Notes: generated from the sequence alone by a model not told the origin. A stretch of 63,914 bases of DNA, filler included, from Platydemus manokwari (GCA_037951405.1; 6 parts of 6 records of this genome joined end to end with filler, not necessarily neighbours in it), one strand, 5' to 3'. Counted from the first letter of the whole stretch, positions 13,428 through 26,722 are shown. Numbers and translations are program-made.

Positions 13428-16027
13428 TATTAATTAGATTCAACCTTCACTGGAGGGTACCAAATTTTTTTATGGGTTACTGTTGTTCAATTACTGCTCT
13501 TAAATTAAACGCGAGTTCGCGATATTTTATATTGATGTAGTTATTGGTTAATTAACAAAAGCGCAAATTTCCTTTTAAAATTCTTATAAATCTCAAATAA
13601 ATTTGATTGACTCATACTTAAATTCACAACAATAAGTAGTTATCTATATGAGATCGGAAGGACCTCAATGATATGAGCACATATATTTTGAGATAAGTGT
13701 CTTTTTAACTCCAAGAGTTGCACATTCTTTTAGTAATTTATTTAGATAATTTATTAAAATGTTTGTCTAAAATTAAAGAAGTGTTTATATTGTTTTCTAA
13801 TATTGTCATTGTCTACTGTAAAAGGTGATTCTCCAAGGTCTGTTTGATATTTGTGAAACTTGGATTGTAATTTAAATTATCAATCCAAATTATTACAATT
13901 TATTCTCTAGACTCTTTTTATTGGAATTTTATGTCTGAATCTACGCTCCAGCTTCTCAATTCTTCTTTTTTTACTTTTCTTTAAGCCTTTGTTATTGACA
14001 TATATCCTGAAGTTTACTTTTGTTATTATTCTCCTTTTAGGCTAATCCATATTTTCTCATTGTTGTAGCGTACCTATCCAATTCTGCTTTGGCATTTTAC
14101 TTCTTCTAGTTGTCATGGACATTTTCTCATCCACTGGTGGACAATGAATTTTTCTATTTTAGTATTGTACCAGTTTTCCTATGTTTCCAGGCTCTTCGCA
14201 ACATTTATCTAAATATAATTCCCAATATGAGATTTTACATTAAAGTAACGACTTTTTTCGGCAAACATGTAGTATGTTTCAAGCACAAAATCTTATTTAC
14301 AAACCAATTTACAAACATCAAATCACTAGTCGTAACCACGATTATAAACAATATCTTTTTGATTCCTTTGAAAATTTTATAAAATATTTCTGTTGGTTTT
14401 GATCTTTTCAGTTAAATTGAATAATTTTGAAAAGCCATTTGTATATATTCTTCTTTTCTCATTTCTTGCCCCAGTGATGATTTCACGAATGTGACCATGT
14501 ATATTAAGATAGTAAAAGAATTATCTTTCATATAAAATTCATTTAAATACGATAGTAATTAAAAGAATGTTAATTTAATTGATCAGTTTCCTTAACTTAA
14601 TTTGACTACTTTCATAGAAGAGCTGTGGCGATAACATTTTAACTGATAAATATAATATTAAACACAATGATTCCAATAAAATGTTTACCTAAAATCCCTA
14701 CAAATAAGTTTAGACAATTGAACTTGGTTGACAAGCTATTTCTTGAGAAAAGACTATCAAGGTTAATGATGAGAATATTGCATTTAAGTTCACAGAATCT
14801 TATTGTAGAAAATATATTTATGAAGAAATGAATTAGATAGTCACTAATTTGTTGAAATGTCAACAGAGCTTGAAAATAGTCAGTGAAGGTTTTTAATTAA
14901 ACTTTAAATATTATTTGTTCTCATAGAGCGAAAATAATAATTCCAGTAATATGATTTTGCAATTTGATCTTAAATTTCAAACCAAGTCAAGCAAAATTAT
15001 CTTCCTACGAATTCAAGGTTTTGTATTTCGATTCACGTGTATAAAATAAGAGACTTCAAATTTCTCGTATTGTTTGATACTGTAATGTGCTAAAACATCG
15101 CGTGACTTACTAGATGATTTATATAATCCTGCTCTATGCCCATGTCACATGAGAATTTTTAATGTGCTCTCGTTATAGAAATTTGAGTTAAATTTTGATT
15201 TGATCTTTCTATTCCTATTTTAATATCAATATGTTATGAAGATTATGTTATATTTAGTAATATAATTTATCATTTTTTTCTGAGTTAATATTTAATTAAT
15301 CTTACCTTAAAATTTGGACAGTTTATTTATTTATGTATACTGTTATTTTTATGTTTTTGATAAATATAGTTAATAGAAGAAAAGTTAAAAATTATGTATA
15401 CTTCATTCTTTGTGAAATAATTTCTATATAATTTCTAGATTGTTAATAATTTACTTTTGTTGATTTTAAAAACTCACAATAGTAAGAAAATCTGCTAATT
15501 AATCAAGCTCATTTATCATATTTGTTCTAGATAGTCTGTATTACACTCCATTAAAAGTTTCTCTGATGATTAAGCTCATCGGGATTTGATACTATTAATA
15601 AATTAATTATTTAGTCACTTACTTTGTCCATAAACAGTATCTATATTACTATGGATATTTAATTAGTGCGTGACAATTGTAGTCATCACATGAAATGAAG
15701 AAACGGTTGCGGTAACCTATCGACCTTTACTAAATCACAATTGTATCAGCAATGATAAAAACAGGTTTTTGACAGTGAAGTTAAGACTGTGTACTTCAGT
15801 TGTAAAATGTTTAAATTGAGCCATACTTGAAAATATAATAAGTGGAATTTATAGAATATTTGCTTGAAAGTATTTCAGCTATGAGGTTTATTATATTTGA
15901 AATTGTGTAAGTTTTAATGTGTTAATGTACGAAAATGTACGTAAAAATGAAAAACTTGAAATTGAAATGTAATTAATTATAATATATTGTAATAAAATAT
16001 ATTATACATTAATTATAATATAAATAC

Positions 16028-16745
16028 ACGCAATGTAGAAGATGCCTGTCCGAGTACGAAACGGATGCTCATACATTTATCCACTGCAAAAAGCGGTCCA
16101 TGGTTTAGCATCAAAAAGACATTCAATCATCTTGAACAACTTAGTCAACTACCTCCAATCACTGGGATACGATACGGATATCGACACGAACCCTCGGGAA
16201 ACCAACACAAAATTGTGACCAGACCTTATAATAAGAAATAAAGCGAAGAGACATGCATACTTAGTCGATTTCAAAATACCATTCGACATCATGAAGAACT
16301 TCGGAAAATACCGACATATTGCCAGTAAAATCAAAGCGAAGACCCGATTCGACACCTCTCTAGACGTTCTTTGTATAGGAGTTCTCGGTTCTTGAGATCC
16401 AATAAACAACAAAGTCCTAGCCAACATCGGACTTAATAAGCCGCAAATCACCTTCATCACGGCTATTTAATCAGCACACTTTTAAAGGATGGCTACATTA
16501 CCTACAAACCTCATGCCGACAATCGAAACATCAAGCCATCTTCCTGGTCAAGGGCATTCAACCAGCTTACAATCAACAATCACAACTGATAGTAACTGTA
16601 TCTACTAGACAATCGAACAATTCTCTAAGTATCTCATACAAGCAAACTAACCGGATGAATCAAAGGATTAATCAATTTTGTAAAAAAAAATGTGAGGACT
16701 TGTGCCACTGCATTTAGAAGATATTTATGTTTATATTAAATAAAT
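16028..16745 (+). mobile_element. 5'-truncated RLE-type non-LTR retrotransposon fragment (R2/NeSL/R5/Utopia-like)
   Basis: The + strand translates to the zinc knuckle TQCRRCLSEYETDAHTFIHC. After a frameshift it reads KRHSIILNNL...KL*PDLII...YLVDFKIPFD...KYRHIA...CIGVLGS*DPINNKVLANIG, the PD-(D/E)xK restriction-like endonuclease motifs. The 3' boundary is approximate. Confidence 0.85.
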
Positions 16746-17772
16746 GTTATCTAATTTAGTGTAAAATGATGTAAGTGTTGAATGTAACTTTGACTTTGCC
16801 GATTATAGTTATTTCGAAGTCTATTCTTAATATTTTGCAGAAGAATGCATCTTCACATACGTCTGACAAAATTTCTATATTTCTGGGTAGTAGTTATGCA
16901 TCTAATTTTGCATCTAATCTATGCTCTGCAATAAATATGCATTGCTACTTTTTAAACCCTAGATTCTAAAAAATTTCTCGATAAAAACATAATTCCTGGT
17001 ATATAAAATATGACTCCTCAGGTTCTTTTGTGACATTATGTATGCGCATTGTTGGATATTCTATTAAATCCAACAGTAAATAGATTGTAGATTACGAAGG
17101 TTTTTACACAATCTTATGAGGTTGGAAGTGATATGTTCCACCGTTGAATCTCAAAATTTATATTATATGAGTTCAATTGATGCCAACTATTGCTGTTATA
17201 TGCGGCCATGTGGTTATTGTTCCCTCTAAGAAGTACTGGTTCCTATTTTAGTTGTTTGGCTTTGTCTATTTAATTTGTACCATATTTTACAACGGTTGAG
17301 CAGTTCATATATTTTGTTCGTTTTCAAAATTTCGTAGCTTCGTGTGATGTTTCGTATACTTTGCTCACATAACGTAATTTAACGGAGAGAATTTGTTAAG
17401 ATAAAATTAAATCAGTATTATTATTATTTAGTATTTTAATTTTATCAATTTTTGTAGATTATTCTTGAGATTTAAAATCATGAATAGTTTTGAAAGTTAG
17501 ATAACAAATTTTGCTAAATTTTTTCCTGTAATTTCTAATTTTTTCATATTGTTTATAAATAATTCTTCTTTTATTTTATTAAATTTTAATTAAATTCCTT
17601 TTATAATAAAAAATTCACAATAAAAGAAAAAATGAAAAGAATTTTGATAAAATATAAACGGTTTTCTAGATGGCTTCGGGGAAGATCGCGACTAGAAATC
17701 ATGACTTAAAAATATAAAAATTGTTAATAAACAATTTTCTGAATAATAAATGTTTTCTGATTTGTATAGAAC

Positions 17773-18451
17773 TGTTACGTATTAATAATCAATAATGCAT
17801 GCAATGCAAGACTTATGATTGGGTGTGTTCTGAAAATTTTTTCTGATTTATGCCTATTTTCATGTCGTAGTTTCTACTTTTTCTAATTTATTAGTTTTTG
17901 GTTTAATAATTTATTGGCATCAATTTAGCAATAGTCAATGTAATTTATACTCAGAGTTTATTTGTGTTTTCGTGCGGTTAATTTTAACTTGGTGTTCAAT
18001 TACTTCAATTTCAATTTGGTCTATAGATTTTTTCATAACTGAGATTGGTCAATCCTGCCCATGTATTGTTGCGTAGTCATGCTCTTTGAGGATTGAAATC
18101 TTCATTTTACGCCGTCTCCGAGTGATTATCTATTATGACTGTATCACTGTGTGCGCATCCATATGTGCGAAGTGCCAATACATGATTTTAAAGATTCTAA
18201 TCTCTCTATTTTGCTTGAGCCAATTGTCCCACCTTAAATAAAATCTACAAAAAGATCAAGTAAATTATTCAACACAGTTTTGAATTATATTATCAACAAA
18301 CTAATCAGCAAACTAACAAAGGAAACTCGAACAAACAATGTTAACAAGGAATATAACGGATCTTAATAGAGGAAGATCCAAATGTACATTGTATATATAA
18401 AGAAATTGATTGTATAAAAACGTGTCGTGAAGATTTTAGATTTATGTAACA
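17773..18451. mobile_element. Possible solo LTR
   Basis: Bounded by inverted TGTTAC...GTAACA with a TATA-like TATATAAA near 18393. No target-site duplication seen. Confidence 0.25.
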
Positions 18452-19159
18452 TTCAGCTTACCTCAATAAGCTATTGCTTATATTTTTGGGTTGAATAATT
18501 TACTTGATCTTTAAGTAGGTTTTATTTAAACTATTTTTATATTCAAGGTTTTAATCAATTTTTGTTATAGGAATTTTTATGTATGTGTCATCATCAAAAC
18601 ATAGTTTCATTTTGTATTAGGGTTTTAGAGTCCTATTTAGTACTTAAAAATACTGATTATTATTTTTTTTATTTAGATAACACAAAATATAACCTTTGTG
18701 AATTATCTGAGTGTAAAAGATTTCGATGTTGTGACCTAAAACTTATAATTCTCAATAAATATTAATGTTATTCGAAAATAATCAAAAATAACACAATTTA
18801 GACAAGTTCTAAATATCTTCAATGAGTTAAACTTCACTAATTGCTATTCTAGTTAATTTAACAAATAATAAATGTTTTTCTTTTGAACAACTTTATCAGT
18901 CATAAAAATGAAATATTTCGAATTTTTTTCTAACTTTTTTTCAATAAAAATAATAACTTTTTATAATTTTTAATTTCGTGAAGGTTTGGTTTTAAAATAA
19001 ACTTCTTTCAAAATGTTTAGTTTCCGTTGTTTTAAATTTGTGGATTTTTAAACTATACATTTATTTTAAAATGTATAAATGATTAAAATTAATTTAATTT
19101 AATTTTTAATTGCATGAAAATTTGTTTAGTTTTAGTAAATTTAAGTAATTTTATTTAAA

Positions 19160-19716
19160 ATGTCAATGAATACACCTTACTTACCTGGAGCTGTTAGTTT
19201 ATTAGATGATCTTGATAGTAAGAAATTCATGTTCGAAATAGAATTTTAAATAATTATTAGAATTAATGATGTTGACTTTACGAGATGGTAAAGTTTATAT
19301 AGGATATTTAAGAACTTTGGATCAATTTGGTTTGCATAATATACATTCCAATTAATGATAATTATGTAATTTTGTAGCAAATTTTGTACTTCATAAAACA
19401 ATTCAAAGAATATTTGTAGAACGAAATTTTTGTGATATTCCTCTTGGCATAATTGTTGTTAGAGGTGAAAATGTAGTATTAGTTGCTGAAATAGTAATAT
19501 AGATATCTTAAAATAGAATTTGAATATTTTTCTTAGAATCTTGATTATGATCCTGAAGCCGACGGGTTCAGAAGAGTGTCAGAAACTGAAATTTTGCAAT
19601 TACAACACAAAGAAAAATTGGCCCAAGAAGAAAAGCAATTTTTAAGCCGGAGCTTATTTCAGAAAGCTGGTGTCAAAGATCAGTCTCGTTTTACCTATTG
19701 GCTTGATGAATTATAA
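19160..19716 (+). CDS. LSM1: Sm-like protein LSm1; exons 19160-19217, 19261-19329, 19378-19493, 19537-19716
   Basis: Spliced through three phase-compatible GT-AG introns (43, 48, 43 nt): MSMNTPYLPGAVSLLDDLDKLMMLTLRDGKVYIGYLRTLDQFANFVLHKTIQRIFVERNFCDIPLGIIVVRGENVVLVAEINLD...DEL*. Contains Sm1/Sm2 motifs, the LSm1-type YLPGxxSL N-terminus and a C-terminal helical extension. Confidence 0.93.
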
Positions 19717-19966
19717 TCCTTGAAACATACACCTTGTTTTTATCCTAATGAACGTTTTTATCTGTATTTAATTGTGCAAATAAAATATTTTCAATTATTT
19801 TTGGTTTGATAAGAGAAATATTTTTTCTTTCTTGATTGAATTTGATTGGTTGAAATTTCTTCTCAGTTATCGATTTAATACTGTTATTTGCAAACGAAAT
19901 TAGATTAATCGGTTGTATTATTATGAAAAACTTGGTTTCAATATTGAAATTTTTCATTTGTGGAAA

Positions 19967-21877
19967 ATGAACAAAAGCAACGGGCATCAAATGGGTAAAA
20001 TAGTCAAACCAGTCTCTGTAGCATCAAAGCCTTCTGTACCTGATTATTTAGTGATCATGTGTAAGAGGATGATGACAATCCTAATTGGATTTTCCCGACA
20101 AAGTACCATTCACAGTTTAAGCCATCTAGCTCAAGCTCGTAATATTAAACAGAGAATGTTTTGGATGATCATTGGTCTTTCAGCCTCTATTGGATTTTTG
20201 ATAAATTTAGTTCAAATCATAGAAAAATATTACGAACGTCCAGTTTTAACAAATGTTTTCCACGATTTTCGTACATTTGTTTTCCCCGACATAACATTTT
20301 GTCTTGTGAATCCCGTTCATTTTCCACCAATTGGAACAGATCAATATCGTGAATTAGAACGTCAGTTTGCATACTATTATCAATTCCGCAATTCAACTCA
20401 TCTCAAAGCAAGACAAGAAGCATTATCATTCATGCAATACAAAAATTACTCTTTGGATATTGACTTGTCGGATTTTCTGTTTATCCAACCAGAAGTTCAT
20501 TATAGTCATCCACCTTGGAATGCGATCTTTCTCTGTGTGTATATGCAAGGTGCTTGCGATTGGCGTCATTTTGAAGTGCGGCATGTTTGGCCTTATGGGA
20601 ATTGTTTTACTTTGAATTTTTCTAAAATATCCATTCACTCGAGAAGAGATGTTTCAAATATGATTAAAAATGCTTGGCGACCTGATTTCAAAGTGGTTGT
20701 CAATAAAGGATTAACATCAGCTACTGAATTTAGTGTTGACCCGTTTAATAACCTCAATACTCCAAGTGGAGTATTGGTAATGGTACATGAGGCTGATACA
20801 TATCCATACCCCGATGAAGGATTCATTGTCGATTCATATACACAGATTGATTTAAAAATCACCACAAAAGTTCACCTTGATGTTAATAATAAATGTGACA
20901 TGCACAGATCATCATATGAATATTACGATTTTAGAACTCGATTGTCGACAACATTTGCTGGCCGTCAACCTGACTGTGTATTCGATATGATTCAAAGTAA
21001 AATAGCAACACGTTGTTCGTGTTTACTACAAAATATGCCAGTGTCGAAAAAATTTCAACATCTTCCATTTTGTTTAGCTATTAAATTTAACAAGACAATC
21101 AATAATGAAGAACCAGATTTGAATGATTGTATTCGAACCAGTTTCAAATATGTCGATCAGAGTGCTATTAATAAGAAATGTCACCGAGATTTATGCTCAC
21201 ATCCTTCATTCACAACTGTTGTGTCTCACAGTAAATATCCGGCAGTTAAAGAGCGTCAAACGCAATTCTTATGGCTACAAAAATTGCTTGACCTTGAGAA
21301 ACTTCAGTTGCTTCATTATAACAAATCGGATTTGTATTTGAAAGCTTTGAAGCCTCTTTTAGCATCACAATACAATGTAACATCGATTTTGGAAGCAATT
21401 GAAATTCAGAGAAATGTTTCGAATTTAAATTTTTTGGAAGAAAGTTTTGTAGATAGAAATTTTATGCAAATACGTGTTGTACCATCGTCATTGTTTATGG
21501 ATCATATAGAAGAAACATTAGAATATACACTTAGTCGTTTATTGGGTGATATTGGTGGATGTATTGGCTTGTGGATCGGAGCTAGCTTAATTACTATATT
21601 TGAAATTGTAGATTTACTCTTTAGGTTTGGAGATTTATTGTCATCCTATCGTTATCATCCTGTGGTCAATAAATGGGATGCTAAATTTGCAAATAATAAT
21701 AATAATGTTAATTCCGCAAGTAAAGTAAACCGATTAATGAGTAAATTCAGGTTTATTAGTGAAGATGAAACTGGCGATTTAGAAGATGAAATTAACTTGA
21801 CTTTACTGCAACCAATTTCGATTGTGAAAGGAAGTAGATCGTTTTTCTATAAACATATGAATTTGGAAAATATCTGA
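19967..21877 (+). CDS. DEG/ENaC (amiloride-sensitive) channel subunit, intronless
   Basis: F-x-x-x-STIHSL pre-TM1 segment, TM1 (FWMII...), FPDITFC, YGNCFTLN, Cys-rich thumb (C-S-C) and TM2 LLGDIGGCIGLWIGASLITIFE. First in-frame ATG at 19967. Confidence 0.93.
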   Translation: MNKSNGHQMGKIVKPVSVASKPSVPDYLVIMCKRMMTILIGFSRQSTIHSLSHLAQARNIKQRMFWMIIGLSASIGFLINLVQIIEKYYERPVLTNVFHDFRTFVFPDITFCLVNPVHFPPIGTDQYRELERQFAYYYQFRNSTHLKARQEALSFMQYKNYSLDIDLSDFLFIQPEVHYSHPPWNAIFLCVYMQGACDWRHFEVRHVWPYGNCFTLNFSKISIHSRRDVSNMIKNAWRPDFKVVVNKGLTSATEFSVDPFNNLNTPSGVLVMVHEADTYPYPDEGFIVDSYTQIDLKITTKVHLDVNNKCDMHRSSYEYYDFRTRLSTTFAGRQPDCVFDMIQSKIATRCSCLLQNMPVSKKFQHLPFCLAIKFNKTINNEEPDLNDCIRTSFKYVDQSAINKKCHRDLCSHPSFTTVVSHSKYPAVKERQTQFLWLQKLLDLEKLQLLHYNKSDLYLKALKPLLASQYNVTSILEAIEIQRNVSNLNFLEESFVDRNFMQIRVVPSSLFMDHIEETLEYTLSRLLGDIGGCIGLWIGASLITIFEIVDLLFRFGDLLSSYRYHPVVNKWDAKFANNNNNVNSASKVNRLMSKFRFISEDETGDLEDEINLTLLQPISIVKGSRSFFYKHMNLENI

Positions 21878-23790
21878 AATATCATTATATAACCACAACT
21901 TTTCTTTTTCTTTTAATTTGGTTTATTGTGATAAAATATGATATTACTTATGTTACAAATACAATCATAAAGAAAATCGTTTTCAATTGGAATTTAAAAA
22001 TAATTAATTTCATTTGTGTTTTGGTTTTCAGTGTTAGAATATAATTTTAACGACGACTTGAAATTTTTATACGAAAAATTATTCTCAAAAGAGCTTAATC
22101 AAAATCTATCATCAATAAATTTACTAGCATATCAAACAAACTTAGAAACATATTGGTTTTTAATTTGCTGGTATTTTATTGATCAAATAATTTTATCATA
22201 ATTTCAAATTAAAAAAAAATCGATTAAAGTTCAATGGTAGCTTTCAATTGAAATCGTATAACGGGTAAGATTCACTTGAAAATGATTCTCCTTGGATTAT
22301 GATATTTAATTTTTGAAATATTGAAAAAAGAATTCTATAATTGGTGGTGACTTAATGGATATTTAGAAATGGTGGCTTTTCTGTAGTTCTTTTCAAAAAT
22401 TAAAATATCAGTTGAGTTAAATTTGTTGAATTAAGTTATTGATTTCACAAATGACAAGTTTCAGTTAATATTTTTTTAAAAAATATTCTTAATTGTTAAT
22501 TATCATAAATGTGAAAATGAAATGTGTTAGTTTAATGTTGGGAAGATAATTATTTTTGATAATTGCTAATTAGAATTTACATTAGCACCATATTAAATTG
22601 CTGAAAATGCAACAACACAATATAAATAAAGAAGCGTAATGAGATTTTTGCCGAATGTTTGAATATTCTTAAAGGCTCACTAGTTGAAACGAATATACAG
22701 TTTCTGTTTATGGTAATGTGGCAAATCGAATTAATAAAATTATCAGAACTTTCAGTTGAGTTTGTAATTTTAAAAAACCTGTTTGATTTAATTTGTATTT
22801 TTGGTTAAAAAGGGCATTTATAAATATGATGGAAATTATTATGGAGAAATTTTAAACTACGAATTTGTATTTAATTTTCTGCATTATTTTTTCGATTGTC
22901 TGTGAAATTTCACATGGATTTGAGATTGATGGATTATTAAGTATTTTAATTTATGAAATCAATGTAAAATGAAATAAAAACAAAAGCAAAAAAGTCAAAT
23001 TAATCGGAATAGATTTATATAAGCTAAAATTGTGTTTGTTATAAAATCTAATTGATTGGTCTCATCACAGTTCATTGACAATATGTAGACATCGTATTTG
23101 TTTTAATGAGCTAGTTTATCAGCTGGAAAATAAATATATTGGATATAATGGCATAATGATAAACGTTCGCTAGTTTATTCCAATATCATATAATTTTTTA
23201 TAAATATTAATATAATAAACTTGAATTTCACAAAACTATTTTAATTTATATAATTTTTTTTAGTTGAAATAACTGACTTTGTATTAAAGTGTGATGGCCA
23301 GTTACAATGTATTTTAGTTTATGGTAATGTTGAGGTTGGAACTATAATAATAATTCGATATGTTTAAAATATGGATCATAAAATTAGTGATCTATATTTC
23401 ATGAAACCTTTCTAAATGATATTTTTAATTTAAATTTTAAGTATAAATTGTATATAATTATTGTATAATATAAGTAGTATAATATGAGTAGTATAGTATA
23501 TAATACAAGTATTTATCTACATCATGAAGTTTTCTAGTCTTAAAAATGAATGAATAGATCTAAAATAATTGAATAATTTTATACTGGCACAATTGAATTT
23601 TACTATTTCATTTATAAGAATTGTATTAAACACATTTAATAAAATAAAAATTAAAAAAACTAAATGAATTGATTGAAAAATAATCCAAATAGAGTGCAAA
23701 GAAATTAAAAGGAAAAGATTCAATAGAAAAGGAAAGCATATAAACATTCATCAACTTTTTAGTGGGTGAATGTTATGAAATGCTCTATAC

Positions 23791-23867
23791 TATTAGGTTG
23801 TCCCATATGAAATGTCCGATTTTCATGCACATATTTGAAGAAGCATAACTCATAAGAAAATATTTTT
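23791..23867 (+). mobile_element. Mariner-like terminal inverted repeat cut off by an assembly gap
   Basis: TATTAGGTTGTCCCATATGAAATG resembles the TA+TTAGGTTG start of mariner ITRs. The partner end is not visible. Confidence 0.5.
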
Positions 23868-23980
23868 NNNNNNNNNNNNNNNNNNNNNNNNNNNNNNNNN
23901 NNNNNNNNNNNTTAATTAATTAANNNNNNNNNNNNNNNNNNNNNNNNNNNNNNNNNNNNNNNNNNNNCTTTAGTTCTTAG

Positions 23981-26431
23981 GCAACTGAAGAGAAGTTGAA
24001 ACAAGAGGATAATGTCTCAGATAAATTTATTCATGAATTTAAGATGTTAATTTTAGATTTAAGATAAAATTATTTATTTAATCATATAGAGATTCAGATA
24101 TAAGTTTTTCATTAACTGAACAATACTCAAAGTTACGTGAATTTGTTGATAATTGTTTACCAATCCACAAAGTATTTGTAGTGCATATCTTTCGAAGTTA
24201 TCTATTCGTTCTAGGCGGAACTAAATGTCCTTCTATATCCAGTTTTTGTGCACATTTATCTTCATTTAATATCACTGGAACAATTTATACAAGGTATTAC
24301 TTGATAAATTGTTACCAATAATTTACTTTCCATTTTAATAGCCAATGACTTTTTCAAACTCTTTGTTTCATGTCAAGAAGAAATTTATCGCAAGGATTTA
24401 ATAACATTGCAAGAGTTTTCGAGCGATGACAAAACGATCTACAATTCGATTTATGAAATTTTCAATACAAACCAATTCAGTTTGAGAATTTGTCGATTGA
24501 GTTTTGCATATTTTAAGAAAGTTTTTCTGGATGATAAATCTATGATTGATTTGTCGAATGTTATTAATCAACGATTGAAAATTGATAGTAGAAATTACAT
24601 TTCAGATGATGAGAGGTTGATTTATTCATGGGTTTTTTAGTTTATGAAGGTGGGCCTCGAAGTGAAGAAGAAATCAATGTGCTTAGAGGAGCATATTATG
24701 GTGAATCAATATTATCTAAGAATTCAACTCCGGTTTTGTATGGCAATTTGATTGATCCGTCTTTGGAATCGTTGATCAAAAGACGACCTGAATTAGACAA
24801 CGGTTGGAATTCTTAATTCTTAATTACGTAAATGTTTGAAGCTTAAATTTATTTCTAATCTAATTATAAAATGATGCGTAATGTTATAACGATCACTTAA
24901 AAATGTTTAAATCTATTTTTTTTTTTGGATTTTATTATTCGCTTCAAATAGAATGTGGCGATGAGCCTGAATCGAAAAGAAAATCGAAAAAAGAAAGTCC
25001 CGTTAAATTGACTAGTTTCGCCAGAAAAACCGATTCCATTTCTCCATCCATTGATAATATCCCATTGCCAAAAGTAAATCTGAAGATAAACCCAAATATC
25101 CATTGATATATGTTATTCCATTCAGCTGTGTGCTAATGATAGAGAGTTCATCAAACAAATGTATATCGAAATCAATACTTTACCACGCCTCCGAAGAAAG
25201 AGACGCCTATTCGATGATGATATTCAAGCGAATAATGCGTTACTGATCGAAAACAATCAGGTCAATAAGCAGAAATTCTTGAAAGAAGGAATACCGCTTA
25301 ATAGCATTATGTATACGATGGGCAATTTGAATTGTCAAGGCACATCAGCTGCATTCAGTGAAGATTGTTCGATGTTGGCTATGGGTTTGAGTAGTGGCAT
25401 TCTTCATGTCAGATGTCTCAATGGTGAAGCTGTGTCTCGCATCAAGAATTCAGATGACCTTGATGAGGTATCATTTGGTGATAGAAATATTAATAGCAAA
25501 ATTATGGAAACCGTATCGGGGTATTTATTGATAAAAAAAACAACAAATGATTTATTCGTTATTATAATATAGAGCTCGATATCAAGAATTGCGAGGTCAT
25601 GCGGGTGGTGTTTACGATTTGTCGTGGTCTCTCGACAGGAAACAAATATTTTCCGCATCCAGTGATGGAACGGTGAGGCTTTGGTGTACGCAAACGTGGA
25701 CAAATGTCGCCAAATATCGCGATCAGGCAGAACCATTGTGGGCTGTCGATCTGGCACCGATATATGGGCAATATATTGCAACGGGTGGCAGTGATAAATG
25801 TGTCACGCTGTTTAATTGTGATTATTTGAAGCCTCAACGGCGATTTGTTGGTGATTGTTATGGCATCGTGACTTGTGTTAAATTTCATAACAATATTAAT
25901 TATATTGCCAGTGGCAGTACTGATCGAGTTGTGCGGTTGTTTGATGTTCGATCTGGTGGGATGGTGAGATCGTTCAGTGGTCACAAAGGCACGGTCAATT
26001 GTTTACAGTTTTCCGATGATGGACGATATTTATTGAGTGGTTGTGATAATGGGTCTGTCAATATATGGGATTTAGCTGTGCCCAGTGGTTTGATTGACAG
26101 TTTGAACTTGACAGGAGGTAAAGATAACACTGGTGGCCCGGTTACCAGTATGGCTTTTTGTCGAGATGGAGCAAGTCTGGCTGTTGGCAGACAAGCTGGA
26201 CAAGTGGACATTTGGAATTATACTAAAATTATTAAAACAAATACAGCTGATAATGATGACAATGATGATTTCAAACTATCGGAAAACAGTGGGTTTATTT
26301 TACCCGGTAAAAGACATCACCCGCTGGACGGTATAATAGATATTCTATACACTAAGAAAACCCCGGTTATCGGGTTGAGGTTTAATCGTCGAAATATGTT
26401 GAGTTGTTGTGGTGTTTATAATCAAATGTAA
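23981..26431 (+). CDS. TAF5: TFIID subunit TAF5 (or TAF5-like), 5'-partial; exons 23981-24045, 24090-24171, 24215-24293, 24342-24587, 24641-24802, 24952-25073, 25126-25520, 25573-26431
   Basis: All seven GT-AG introns (44, 43, 48, 53, 149, 52, 52 nt) are phase-compatible. The protein shows a LisH tail (ATEEKLKQE), NTD2 (YSKLREFVDNCLPIHKAELNVLLYPVFVHIYL...KIDIYEGGPRS), IPLPKL, WD40 repeats (LRGHAGGVY..., GSTDRVVRLFD, FSGHKGTV...SDDGRYLLSG) and the C-terminal YTKKTPVIGLRFNRRN. Confidence 0.88.
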
Positions 26432-26722
26432 TTTTTTAATCTTTTCGTTTTTCATTTTTGAAGTGCGCAAATTTATACAAAATAATGCATGTTGTAAATT
26501 TCGAAATCATAGTTTTTTAAAGAAAATTTTAATACTGGGAATAATTTTGCAATTTCGTTACACTAAAAATTCATTAAAAGTATTTTGTCATCAGTAAATG
26601 TATATATTTTCGTTGTTTAACAATACAAAAATAGGCTAATTGCATAAAAACGATTTGAAATAATTTTCGGTGTTTTGTTTTGTTAAATTGGTTACGTGGT
26701 TTTCCGAAATTGCCAATTTTAA

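Noticed and set aside
16149-16460. 103-aa minus-strand ORF, and similar short ORFs overlapping GAR1, the channel, TAF5, PRDX6 and U1 (52084-52407)
   Set aside because: Shadow ORFs antisense to, or out of frame with, better-supported features.
19178-19188. TACTTACCTGG, identical to the U1 5' end
   Set aside because: It encodes Y-L-P-G within LSM1 exon 1, and no U1 stem-loops or Sm site follow.
21938-22201. Possible small exons between the channel gene and TAF5
   Set aside because: Splice sites are plausible, but I could not extend the frame, link it to TAF5 or recognise a domain.
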